A DNA stretch of 64,000 nt from assembly GCF_006345805.1 (NCBI RefSeq), contig NW_021836177.1:13441-77440 (forward strand), written 5' to 3'. Shown in pieces: positions 16,908 to 30,119 of the stretch; the stretch's first letter is position 1; every line of letters begins with the position of its first letter. The notes below the pieces were generated by a model. That model saw nothing but the letters and a program-made list of their open reading frames with translations, did no database searches and was not told where the DNA came from. Both the position numbers and the translations under genes were made by a program. Source of the stretch: Octopus sinensis (taxonomy: Eukaryota).

Positions 16908-17350
16908 GGCGGCGAGCTGGCAGAAACGTTAGTGTTATATAATCATCACAACAAACATGAACAATCAACGTTGCCCATTGTCTCCCTTGATAAAAGGACT
17001 TTCACTTTGTTTCCCGGCAGTCGAATAAAGTATCTCGTATCGTTAACACGTTGTTTCAGTCTCTCTCATTTTCTTAATCTTTCATACTAAATACTCACTA
17101 CTTCCTTTAATACTCAATACTATATATATATAACAACAACAGTTAGCACGCTGGGCGAAATGCGTAGCTGTATTTTGTCTGCCGTTACGTTCTGGGTTCA
17201 AATTCTGCCGAGGTTGACTTTGCCTTTCATCCTTTCGGGGTCGATAAATTAAGTACCAGTTACGCACTGGGGGTCGATGTTATCGACTTAATCCGTTTGC
17301 CTGTCCTTGTTTGTCCCCTCTGTGTTTGGCCCCTTGGGGGCTGTAAAGAA
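16908..17350 (+). mobile_element. SINE family A copy interrupted by a 209-bp insertion (other degenerate copies near 41975, 51190-51410, 55030-55150, 55375-55500)
   Basis: Head at 16908-16932 resumes at 17142. Confidence 0.8.
16933..17141 (+). mobile_element. Putative short solo LTR
   Basis: TGTTATATA...TATATAACA(ACAACA) termini, 5-bp GTTAG duplication on both sides, GATAAAAGG and AATAAA (17024) inside. Confidence 0.55.
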
Positions 17351-17464
17351 ATATATAGAACAAGGAAAGTCAGTACCCCAAACCCCAAACCTGTGCATCA
17401 ACGGTCTCTCCCGCTTCCTCCCTCTCCCTTCTTCTTTCTCTCTCTCTCTCTCTGGATATAATAT

Positions 17465-17519
<55 letters not shown>

Positions 17520-17759
17520 CAATACACTTACATAAATACATATGTACATACAGGTATACATACAGACATGCATACATAATTACATATATATACATTACAC
17601 GCATATATGTATAACAAAATATGATAGCAGAGTGTGTAAAGTAATATTTAAGCTGAATGATTTCACAGTGACAACGTGACTGACATCTCAGGTGTGGCAG
17701 TATCAGATGACACTATGAATTTACCCTACGTGTATCTATTATTCTCTTCTCGTCTTGCC

Positions 17760-18050
17760 GTTGCCAGCCTCATCTAGGCCACTGCCAGCCTCGCCTGGCC
17801 CCCGTGCCAGTGGCACGTAAAATGTACCATCCTATTGTGGCCGTTTGCCAGCCTCGTCTTGCACCCGTGCAGGTGGCACGTAAAAAGCACCCACTACACT
17901 CACGGAGTGGTTGGCGTTAGGAAGGGCATCCAGCTGTAGAAACACTGCCATATCAGACTGGGCCTGGTGCAGCCTTCTGACTTCCCAGACCCCAGTTGAA
18001 CCGTCCAACCCATGCTAGCATGGAAAACGGACGTTAAACGATGATGATGA
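17760..18050 (+). mobile_element. RTE 3'-tail element (further copies at 27880-28290 +, 35750-35960 -, 48810-48960 +, 51745-51830 -, 55690-55950 +)
   Basis: Shared GTTGGCGTTAGGAAGGGCATCC...CATGGAAAACGGACGTTAAACGATGATG terminus. Confidence 0.8.
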
Positions 18051-18444
18051 TCCTGTCTAAAATAAACGATGATTATCTTGATGGTGTGTGTTTTGTGCAT
18101 GTGTGTGTGTAGTTGTAGCTGTTTAGCCCCCTTTCAGCCCAGATCTTTGAAAACCTTGAATCAAAGACACTCCACCCATGACATACTCTTTGGATTAACT
18201 TTACACACAATCCCACCACTGGTTGAAAATATTAAGTAGCAATAATATACTGTTCTTGTTTATCTCATCTAATTCTCTTTCTCAGGTTTTGAGGCCTTGT
18301 GTAGGCTATGGGCACTGCCTTACTTTCTTTCACTAATTAATTAGCATGCTTTATGCACAAATACTTTATATGCATATATATGTGCATTAGTCTATGATTG
18401 TTACATGCACATACTGCATGTACACGTATATGTTTATGTATATG

Positions 18445-19140
18445 TCATCATCATCGTTTAACGTCCGTTTTCCATGCTAGCACGGGTTGGATGGTTCAAC
18501 TGGGGTCTGAGAAAGCCAGAAGGCTGCACCAGGCTCCAGTCTGATCTGGCAGTGTTTCTACAGCTGGATGTCCTTCCTAACGCCAACCACTCCTTGATGT
18601 AGTGGGTGCTTTTTAAGTGCCACCGACACGAGCCACAGGAGGCTGGCAACGTCCATGATCGTCTGGTACTTTTTACGTGCCACAGGCACATGTATCACAA
18701 CTACAAGTTCCATATGATTTTTATTTTGATGTTGATGTACTTGACTCAGTTGGTCTCCTCGAGCACTGCAGGTCACCCTACGATCCAAGGTAAGCACAGC
18801 AGGCCGTCCTGCAAGCCATGAATTCACTTTATTTGTCAGGTCTTCGCAGTCACAGCATATCTCCAGAGGTCTCGGTCTTTTGTCATTGCCTGTGTGAGGC
18901 CCAACATTCGAAGGTCATGCTTGACCACTTCATCCCATGTCTTCCTGGGTCTACCTCTACCCCAGTTTGGGAGTGGCACTTCTTCACACATCTTTCCTTA
19001 TCCATCCGTAGTACATGACCACACCAATACAAATGTCTCTCCTGCACGCCACATCCGATGCTTCTTATGTCCAATATTTCTCTCAGGACACTTACACTCT
19101 GTCGTGCATGCACACTGACATTACACATCCAGTGGATCAT
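18445..19140 (-). mobile_element. 5'-truncated, diverged RTE 3' fragment
   Basis: WMCNVSVHARQSVSVLRE peptide plus 3' UTR and tail. Confidence 0.8.
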
Positions 19141-19756
19141 GCTATAATTAGTTATTTCTAATAAAAAATAACTTACCCATCTACATCGAAAGAGTCACCT
19201 TGAGCAGCAATTTACCCGTTCCACAAATCCACCAGTGTAATCTATCTCTATATACATGCATACTTTCATATACACACACACACACAATTTGAGAGGTCTT
19301 GGTATCCAGAAGACCTAAATGGCAGGTAAGGCTATGTAGGTGCTACAGAAGGACCACTGTTAGACTCCTGGTTCAATAATAGTATGAGCGAGGGGGTCCA
19401 ACGCGGGTCGTGTGTGAGTATGTATATGTTGAATAAAGTGAGACAACAAAGCCAAGGCAGTGTGACATTTTTGGGACATTTATAAAGAGAAAGGTAGTCT
19501 TACAGTGATATTCCCCTTGGATTAGATAGACGGAAGAGCATTATAGAAAATGAAGGAGGGTATATTTTAGATTAAAATACAACTTTGCTTATCGTAATTT
19601 TGGAAAATAAAAGAAGCATAAAAAACTCCATTATTTATGGGGTAACCCGATATATGTGTGTGTGTATATATACATATATATATATGTATATATACACACA
19701 CATATATATATATATACACACACACACATATATATATATATACATATATATATAAC

Positions 19757-19802
<46 letters not shown>

Positions 19803-21214
19803 ACATACATACACACATATGTACATAGTATGTTAGTAAAAAGCTCAGAGATGATAGTAACATTGATCATCAAAGCAGTCTATCATGGACCAATAGCCAG
19901 GTAACTACCTCCCACTTTGAAGGGTATGTGTTTGCAATCGAGGAACAGGAAATATCAACCTGATGCGCAAAAGGGGTAGAGATGCAGGAGAAGCAGTAAA
20001 ATATGGCAACCGACACCTACTTTGTGGAATTAACACTGACGATATCAGCCACATCACACGTCATTGTCCAAAAATGTCATCACGGTTCTCTACCAATGAG
20101 ACATGATGTTGTAGTAAGGACGCTCTATAATGAAATCTGTCAGAAGGATAACCCTGCGGACAGAGAAATAAGAACCCACAGTACAGTAGAAACCATAGCC
20201 ACTCATAATAAAAAAAGAGTACTGGTGGAATGTCCCAGTGAAGACCTCAGTAAAATGTAAGCACAAAAGACCTGATATAATGATTTGGGATAGAGGAGAG
20301 AAACTGCGTAGAGTTGTGGAAATTAGCTGCCCAACAGATGTTAACATAAATCTGAAGATGAGTGAAAAAGAGAATACCTACATTGAACTATTGAGAAATC
20401 TGCAGTTAATCTATCCAGATTACAAGTTCAGGCTTATACCTGTAGTTATTGGGGTCCTGTGGATATGGAACATACTGCCTAAATACCAATCTTCAGAAAT
20501 TAGGCTTCTCAAAAATCTTTAAAACATGAACTCAGGACGACAAGCGAGAAACTTTGCTATCACATGCAAATTTTTGAACAAGCCAATATCAATCGTGAGT
20601 TTGCTTCCAACCCACAAGCATTATAGAGAGAGACAAGGAAGGAAAACATTACCATTAAGAAAGTTCCCTCCCGAGAAGCTCTACAATCATTCTGGGGAAA
20701 AATTTGGAATGAAAAGAGGGATTTCAACCTCAATGCATCATGGTTAAATAGAACTGAGAAAGAATACTGTACTAACACTAACAGTAAAACATACAAAATT
20801 GATGCAGAGAAACTTTGCTATAGCAGTAGGAAATCTCTTAACTGCACAGCCACGCTTGTACCTATTTTATACAGTCACAAACATATATATATATATATAT
20901 ATCTATAAATCACTGTAGTGTCCAGATGATCAGCCATTGCTGTGCCCTGCTGGTCACACTGCAATTCTTCACGTTATTCTGAGGACTAAGGTGTATAAGC
21001 GATACAGATCATGATATTCTCCTGAAACAGGGCACCAGTCGATCACAGGGTTATTTATTTACAGCTCAGTTGACGGGAACAATGTGAAATGAAGTATTCA
21101 TCTGAGGGCCTCTAAGCACCACCCTCTGGGATTCGAAATCATGAACACAAGATCGGGAACGCCATAACGTAATCACTAGGCCACACATGTTTACAATGTG
21201 TGTGTGTGAGAGAG

Positions 21215-21260
<46 letters not shown>

Positions 21261-21949
21261 TGTGTGTGTGTGTGTATGATCATGTTTCAATATAGGTGTT
21301 GCCCAATAAAACCAATGATAAAAATTTTAACAAGTTGTCAAAGTTTAAGTGGGCTTCATATAATCTCCATACATAGGTGTGAGTGTGTATGTGTGTACTA
21401 AATGAATTGAATTAGACTTTGAGAGGATAAATTGTAAACAACATTCAAGGTTACAGAAATTCATATCAGTTAAAGAGTAGCATGATAATGAGTGAAGATA
21501 GAATGTATAGATAAATAAAATTCCACGAAAAACACAATGAATAGCCTTATCGGCTGAGACGACTTACCTCCTGATTATTATTTAACTAAGAAACTAAAAC
21601 CAGTTTGTTCATTCCAGCGAGAGAACTCCAACTGAAAACCTCGAAACAAACTTACTCAGCTGAAAATCTTAAAACTCAAACTTATCCAACTGAAAACTTC
21701 TGATTCAAGGTAAGGAAAAAATTTTCTCGTCTTAAATCTTGTCATATATATATAATATTTTATCTTTTACTACTTAAAGCTGCGGCCATGCTGGGGCACA
21801 CTATCATTATTGAGAACTTCCTCTGATATGTGGCATTTGGTGAATAAGGGAGTTTGATGTCATTGCCCTTATTTGTGCCTCCTGCCACAAGGGAGGTTCA
21901 TCCACGATTCTCAACAGAGAGAGGTCCAGTTTTCTTTTGAAAACACATC

Positions 21950-23110
21950 CACTTTGTGTTAGTCACTCATGCTTTTTGGGAGAATATTAAAAAGCTGTGG
22001 ACATTTAAAACCCAGGCTGTTGCAGTAATAACTGGTCCTGAAATGTAACAGCAGTGTTGGGATATTTGGCTCTGTGCAGTGGTGACCCGTTCTGGCGTTT
22101 GTGTAGCTTTCAAAGCCAAAATTTGGTAAATCCCTTCCAGGATCTTCCAGATGTATATTAATGCATATCTTCTCCACCTTCACTCTAGGGAGTAAAGTCT
22201 TACCTGTTTCAGCCTTCCCCAGTAGTTGAGCTGTTGCAATGAGATGATCTTCTTTTAGTAGCTTCGCTGGATTGCTTCAAGGTCCACTGTTAATTTTACA
22301 CTGTTGGGTGACCGTTGTTAGGAGCAGCAGTCCAGGCAGCTGAGGATAAATGTCCTCCAGTGGACCATCATGGTTTCTTTGTCCATGGCTCTGAAGGTTC
22401 TCAGGATCCATCCATCCAGCCATCTGCACTTTGTCGTCATCTTGTTAAAGTGCACTTGGAAAGAGGTATTATCACTCATGTCGATACCCAGATCACACAC
22501 GTGATTGTAATTCCCCACTAGGCCAGTATACCCTGTATGTTTTCCGTTCAAATTTGGGTGCTTGTAGTGCAGGGCTTGAAATTTTCCAGCATTAAACTGC
22601 ATATTATTGTCCTCAGCCCATCTGTAAATTGCATCCAGCTACTGCTGCAGGCATGCAACATCACTACAGTTTTGCATTTTCTGCAAAAATTTTGTGTCGT
22701 CTCCGTAGCTAGCAAGGGTATCCAGGCAGCTGAGAGCATATCTGAGAGGGCCACTATGAAAATCGGTGGCTGGCCCTAAGACAGTGCCCTGTGGAACACC
22801 ACCCACTATTTGTGGTTCCGTTGAAGTGGTACCACTGGCTACCACTGCCTGACTTCTGTCTTTCAGAAAGTCATGTAACCATTCTCCAAGTTTTCCAGCT
22901 GAACAAATAATTTTTTGAGTTTCCTGTTCATCCTGATGTGGGGGTCATTGTCGAGATGTGCCTTAACTCGTAATCGAATCGCAGCAATGAACTCCTAAAA
23001 TGGCCATAGGTGTGTTTGACTTGATTTTGTGGAACTCTTTTTGATCCTGGACTCTAACCTACCATGGTTTTTATGAACTGAACTTTTTTGATGTACTCTT
23101 TTGTTTGAGA
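21950..23110 (-). mobile_element. CR1/L2-type LINE RT remnant
   Basis: WLHDFLKDRSQ, GVPQGTVLGP, YGDDTK, MQFNAGK, DLGI and WILRTF peptides across shifted frames. Confidence 0.8.
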
Positions 23111-23498
23111 GGAGTAAGAAAAAATTTTTTTTAGTTGATTGATATTTTCTTTTATTTTATTTGGATTTTCAGTAGCATGACACGCTTTAGAATTTTTGGT
23201 TTATTGTATATACCTTCTTGATAGGCCGTTCTATATACCTGCATTTTTTTCGCATATATATTTTTTACATTCGAAGTTTTTTTATATATGTATAATTTAT
23301 ATGTTTAAGAGCCATGGTAATATTACTGATATTATTATGATCAAATGTTTTATATATAAAGTCATTGACTCGAATTTGATGTTTATTTTATGATCAATGT
23401 TTCTTTATATCTGTCTCAGTTACATTTGAGCACTTCTTTTTTTGCAGTCCTATAATCCCTTTGTTTCCATAAAAAGGAGACAGAAATTATTTCTTGTC

Positions 23499-23530
<32 letters not shown>

Positions 23531-23536
23531 TATATA

Positions 23537-23569
<33 letters not shown>

Positions 23570-23716
23570 GGGTGGAGTCTAGCTTGAACCTGCCTGAGAT
23601 TTGAAACAAGATCCACTGGTCCTAGGGGTTGGAGTGTTCCTCATTAATCATCTAGTCCCCCTTACGAAATTCCTTGTAACACTAAAGATGAACTGAAAGC
23701 AAGGATTATGGCAGCA

Positions 23717-23768
<52 letters not shown>

Positions 23769-24154
23769 TAATAATATTAGGGAGTAAATCCAAACTTACA
23801 GGGAAAAATTAGATTTAGGATTAAATCCAATTTTATAGTATAAATTATATTAAATTAGAGAAAAAAAACACTATTAGGCAAATCAAACAGTGAAAATCAT
23901 AAGCCAATACATAGAAAAAATTAATTTAAAAAATATAAATATAAAATATAAAATATAAAATTCCAAATTAAAATATTTAAATAAAGTTTAAATTTAAAAA
24001 ATTATTTAAATAATTTAAACTTATAAATTTTAATATATATATATATATTTATTATTATTTTATTATATATTTTTTTTATTTTTTTTGTTATATTTTTTTT
24101 GTAAATTAAATAAATATCAAAATGTATTGAAAGTTTCATATAGGATTAATAGTA

Positions 24155-24255
24155 AAAACACTACAATCGTTTCATGCCCGTAACCAATTCGAATAACAAT
24201 AATTTAAATACAATTAATAATTTGAATTATGGTTACAGTCAATCTTCAGGTTAAT
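24155..24255 (-). ncRNA. Degenerate hammerhead ribozyme motif
   Basis: Minus strand reads CTGAAGA, a long stem (TGACTGTAACCA/TGGTTACGGGCA), then GAAACGATTGTA, the same 12-mer as the 46001 motif. Stem I is weak. Confidence 0.5.
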
Positions 24256-24774
24256 TGTAATATTTTAATAGGTAATCAGAAATATTTAAACAATATTTTT
24301 AAGAAATAAATAATATAATAATTTTACTTATAAAAAACTCTATTATCAAACTAGAAACTTAACGTTTATGATTATATCAAAACATCAATTATAATGTTAA
24401 ATATTAATTTTTAAGTATTAATTTTTAAGGTATGAAACCCACCAATAATCTAATATCAGTAATAGTCAATATCTAATTACATAAATACTTTACAAAAAAC
24501 TATTATATTAATAAAAATATAAAATTCAAATAATATACAAATTATCAATGAAAATATATAAATGTATATAAATATTATAATTAAGATCTAAAATAATCTC
24601 TATAAATATATATATGCACATATAATAAAGACCTAATAAATTACTTTTTCATATTTAATGATAAAATAGCTAATTTCAAAAATACAAACAAACAATCTTG
24701 AACGAACACTATATCAAATTAACTATCTTTATATCTCATTGGCTAAATAATAACTTTCAGAACTCTAATTTAAT

Positions 24775-24822
24775 ATAATATATACATATACATACATATA
24801 TATATTTATATATATATACATA

Positions 24823-24904
<82 letters not shown>

Positions 24905-25061
24905 TATATGTATATATGTATGTATATTATATGTATATATATATATATTATGTATGTATATATATTATGTATATATATATGTATGTATATATATATATGT
25001 ATATATATATATAATATATATGTATATATATATGTATGTATATATGTATTATATATATATG

Positions 25062-25157
<96 letters not shown>

Positions 25158-26818
25158 TATACATAAATATATATACATATATATATATATACACACAGAT
25201 ATATATATATATATTTTATATAATATTATATATTATATATATATTATATATATATATATTTATTATATATATATATATATATGTTATATATATATATATA
25301 TATATATATACATAGGAAGGTAGACAAATCACAAACACCTTCAGGTAGATGGCCCTGCTCGATCTGTAGAAAAGGTGTAGGTAGAAACTCTATAAGATGC
25401 ACCAAGTGTAAGCTATGGACACATAAGAGATGCAGCAATGTCAAAGGAAGGCTAACTAGGAAGATGGTTTTTGTATGTGGCAGATGCTCAGGAACAATAA
25501 ACACTGAAAATGCTCTGAGACCAACTTCCATCACTTTCCAGGGAGAAAAACTAGAAATAGTTGATAGTTTCCGTTACCTAGGTGACCAAGTCAGCAGCGG
25601 GGGTGGGTGTGCTGAAAGTGTAACTGCTAGAGTAAGAATAGCTTGGGCAAAGTTCAGAGAGCTCTTACCTCTGCTGGTGACAAAAGGCCTCTCGCACAGA
25701 GTGAAAGGCAGACTGTATGATGCGTGTGTACGAACAGCCATGCTACATGGCAGTGTGAAACATGGGCCGTGACTGCTGAGGATATGCGTAAGCTCGCTAG
25801 AAATGAAGCCAGTATGCTCCGATGGATGTGTAATGCCGGTACTCACACTCGGCAGAGTGTAAGTACCTTGAGAGAAAAGCTGGACCTAAGAAGTATCAGT
25901 TGTGGTGTGCAAGAGAGACGTTTGCGCGTGGTATGATCATGTGGCGAGAATGGATGAAGATAGTTGTGTGAAAAAGTGCCACACCCTAGCGGTTGAGGGA
26001 ACCTGTGGAAGAGGCAGACCCAGGAAAACCTGGGACGAGGTGGTGAAGCACGACCTTCAAACTTTAGGTCTCACTGAGGAAATGACTAGAGACTGAGACC
26101 TCTGGAAGTGTGCTGTGCGCGAGAAGACCCGGCAGGACAAGTGAGTCCATAACCCGTGGCCTTCTACATGGGATGGAGCCAGCCTACGTATGCATACCTT
26201 CCCTTCTTGGGACACAAAACTCTACTTGTGAAGACGTGTTGAGGCAAGTGAGGATCAGAATCGAAATCGATCAATGGAAATTGCGGATATGCTACCAGTG
26301 CGGTGGCATGTCGAAACTCTGCTTGTGAAGACCTGTTGAGGCAAGTGAGGATCAGAATCGAAATCGATCAATGGAATTGCAGATGTGTTACCAGTGCCGG
26401 TGGCATGTAAGAGAACTTTCCGTTTCGCGACCGTTGCCAGCACCGCCCCGTTTCGTGTCCGTTGCCAGCCTCGTCTGGCCCTCGTGCCGGTGGCACATAA
26501 AAAGCACCATCCGTTCGTGGCCGTTTGCCAGCTCTGTCTGGCACCAGTGCGGGTGGCACGTAAAAAGCACCCACTACACTCACGGAGTGGTTGGCGTTAG
26601 GAAGGGCATCCAGCCGTAGAAACACTGCCAGATTTGACTGGGCCTGATGAAGCCTTCTGGCTTCACAGACCCCAGTAGAACCGTCCAACCCATGCTAGCA
26701 TGGAAAACGGACGCTAAACGATGATGATGATGATGATGATATAGGCTTCGAATGTCCCATCTGTGTTTTTTGTATTGTCTTGCATTCTTGTAATGTTTTG
26801 CATTCTTGTCCCAGTTTG

Positions 26819-26872
<54 letters not shown>

Positions 26873-27018
26873 ATATATATATATCTATATATATATATAT
26901 ATATATATAATAATATATATATTATATATATATAATATATATATATATTATATATAATATATATATATATATATAGATATATATATATATATCTATATAT
27001 ATATATACATATATATAC

Positions 27019-27064
<46 letters not shown>

Positions 27065-27076
27065 GTATATATAGAT

Positions 27077-27126
<50 letters not shown>

Positions 27127-27147
27127 TATATATGTATATATATGTAT

Positions 27148-27199
<52 letters not shown>

Positions 27200-27234
27200 A
27201 TATGTATATATATGGATATATGTATATATATGTG

Positions 27235-27280
<46 letters not shown>

Positions 27281-27310
27281 GTATATATATATATATACAT
27301 ATATATATAC

Positions 27311-27398
<88 letters not shown>

Positions 27399-27442
27399 TA
27401 TATACATACATATATATATATATATCTATATATATATATATA
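24775..27442. repeat. Very long imperfect (TA)n arrays (24775-25312, 26823-27442); many shorter ones across the window
   Basis: Read directly from the sequence. These arrays produce the IYIY ORFs in the track. Confidence 0.97.
25313..26740 (+). mobile_element. 5'-truncated RTE LINE (RT C-terminus, 3' UTR with ~95-bp tandem duplication, (GAT)n tail)
   Basis: ORF 25281..25772 is nearly identical to the first RTE. Tail at 26720-26740. Confidence 0.93.
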
Positions 27443-27855
27443 GGTGCAGGAGTGGCTGTGTGGTAAGTAGCTTGCTTACCAACCACATGATTCCAGGTTC
27501 AGTCCCACTGCGTGGCACCTTGGGCAAGTGTCTTCTACTATAGCCTCGGGCCGACCAAAGCCTTGTGAGTGGATTTGGTAGACGGAAACTGAAAGAAGCC
27601 CTTCGTATATATGTATATATATGTATGTGTGTGTATGTTTGTGTGTCTGTGTTTGTCCCCCTAGCATTGCTTGACAACCGATGCTGGTGTGTGTATCTCC
27701 CCGTTACTTAGCGGTTCGGCAAAAGAGACCGATAGAATAAGTACTGGGCTTACAAAGAATAAGTCCCAGGGTCGAGTTGCTCGACTAAAGGTGGTGCTCC
27801 AGCATGGCCGCAGTCAAATGACTGAAACAAGTAAAAGAGTAAAAGAGTAAAGAGT
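27443..27855 (+). mobile_element. tRNA-derived SINE family C (copies at 36144-36548 -, 47846-48182 -, 61483-61840 +, 63655-63797 -, 63843-64000 -)
   Basis: GTGGCTGTGTGGTAAG A-box, GGTTCAGTCCC B-box, internal (CA/TA)n, (TAAAAGAG)n tail. Confidence 0.88.
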
Positions 27856-28780
27856 ATACATATATATATATATATCAAAATAGATGAACATCAATGGAAT
27901 TTGTATCTTTGTGGTACCAGTGCCGGTGGCACACAAGAAAACCATCCGAACATGGCCGTAGCCAGTACCGCATCGACTGGCCTCCGTGCTGTGGGCACGT
28001 AACAAACACCATCCGATCGTGGCCGTTCGCCAGCCTCATCTGGCACCTGTGTCGGTGGCACATAAAAACACCATCCGAGCGTGGCCGTCTGCCAGCCTCG
28101 TCTGGCACCTGTGTCGGTGGCACATAAAATCACCCACTACACTCTCGGAGTGGTTGGCGTTAGGAAGGGCATCCAGCTGTAGAAACACTGCCAGATCTGA
28201 CTGGCCTGGTGCAGCCTTCGGGCTCCCCAGACCCCAGTTGAACCGTCTAACCCATGCTAGCATGGAAAGCGGACGTTAAATGATGATGATGATATATATA
28301 TATATATATATAAGTGAATACAATGTCTTGTTGTTGAGATAGGTTCTCTTTCTTTCTTTATGAGAAGATTGCATTATTTTACACCGTTTATTCCTTTTCA
28401 ATAAAACCAATGTTGTCTTCGAAACATATGTCGAATATAAAAGAATTGGAATAACATCTGCATTCAACTCCATTTATTTACTTATACTACACAAATTACT
28501 GCACATTAACCCGGAGTTTCTACCTTTGAATAGGTCGCTACATCCTTGTTACTTGCATGAATTTTGCTACCCTGGTAACTGTTTATTGAATTTTCCATGT
28601 TAACGGTAAAGGAAGAATAATTCATTCATCAATTTATATATATATATATATACATATTTGTATGTGTGTGTGTTTGTATGTTATGTAAACCTATTGTATA
28701 TATGTATATACATATAATGTATGTATAATAGATGTATTATATGTGTGTGTATAAAATATATATATATATATATACATATA

Positions 28781-29804
28781 CTAGCTGAAGGTGACCCGCT
28801 CTACGTGCGGGTAAGAGTGTGGGTGTTACTTTCTGTTGCTTCCTTTCTGCACGTAAAAAGCACCATCCGAACGTGGCCGATTGCAGCACCGCCTTGACTT
28901 GCTTCTGTGCTGGTGGCACGTAAAAAGCACCAACCGATCGTTGCCACTGCGAGCCCCCCTGGCACCCAGTGCCGTCGGCACGAAAAAAGCACTCACTACA
29001 CTCACAGTGTGGTTGGCGTTAGGAGGTCATCCACCTGTAGAAACACTGCAGATCAGACTGGAGCCTGGTGCAGCCTCCTGGCTTCCGAGACCCGGTCACA
29101 CTGCCCACCCGTATTTGTTTCTCTCCGTATTTGTTTCTCTCTCCTTTCTCTCTCACTTTCCCACTCTCTTACTTTTCTTTTCTCTCTGACTCTCCCTCGC
29201 TTTCTCTTACTCTCTATCTTTATCTATCTCTCTCCCATTTATAAACAACAGAAGATCTTGAGTAAGTTGAGAAATAAAATATTTAGAAAGATCAATCAGA
29301 AATATGAGGCAGTGGCAATGGAAAGGTCTGCTTCAAGGCAGACAGCAAACGCTAACATTCAAAAGGGACAGACGAACTTGCAAGCTGAATAAAATAATAA
29401 ATATTGGAAACCAAAGTTTGAAGGGATAGAATCTGAGGATAGTAGAGTCACCATGGCTGGCATTTGTTAACGACGGACAGCAACGTAGTGACAGTTTAAC
29501 GGCTGGCGTAAAATTTTGAACTTGATGTAAAAGAAATTCGTAAACACCAATTTTTGAAGTGATTCTTTCTCACAACAGTAGACTCACCATGGCAAGCATT
29601 CAAAACTTCTTTATCATGGACGGCAACACATTGACGATTAAAAGGCTGGCGCAAATTTTTTAGCTTGATGCAACAGAGAATTCCTAAACACCCGCTCTTT
29701 GAAATTTTAATCCCCTTCCAGCCCCATTTAGACCCCTTTTCACATTTGGTTATATAACCCGATTTCATTCGGGTGTACTGGGGCCACATTTTATAAGATG
29801 AGGA
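28781..29804 (-). mobile_element. Second copy of the ~1-kb non-autonomous Helitron-like element
   Basis: Collinear with 2147-3220. Perfect ACCCGC/GCGGGT hairpin upstream of the terminal CTAG. Confidence 0.72.
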
Positions 29805-29940
29805 ATTTTTGTCCTAGAGGTGACGCCTTTCATTTGAGGAACAAAATAGTTGTGATGCAAACTTGTCAGCACCTTTAACATAGGTGTGCATATTTTCAGG
29901 TGAATCGACCGACTACGTAATGCACACATATATATATGTG

Positions 29941-29980
<40 letters not shown>

Positions 29981-30119
29981 CGCATTATATATACAAATGT
30001 ATACAAATGAGATATATATCTGTATAAATTAAATAGAGATAAAACCACTAATAGGCAAATCAAACAGTGAAAAACCAAAAACAAAACATAAAAAAAGAAA
30101 ATATAACATAGAAAATATA

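Larger units (their letters stand above)
16745..20560 (+). mobile_element. Dispersed remnants of an R4/Dong-like restriction-endonuclease retrotransposon (RT piece ~16745-16900, REL piece ~19850-20560)
   Basis: FVDDLKIYAK...GLEFG. Also HV...C, RHD.V, and KRPDIMIWD...VVEISCP.D.NI..K..EK...Y. Confidence 0.6.

Noticed and set aside
23776-24775. Mitochondrial insertion (NUMT) suggested by extreme AT content
   Set aside because: I found no recognisable mitochondrial rRNA, tRNA or protein motifs. Its left part recurs at 30040 and 36824 as a nuclear repeat.
29895-29925. Possible upstream micro-exon (TTTTCAG|GTGAATCGACCGACTAC|GTAATG)
   Set aside because: The donor is weak and such motifs arise by chance; it cannot be supported without cDNA.
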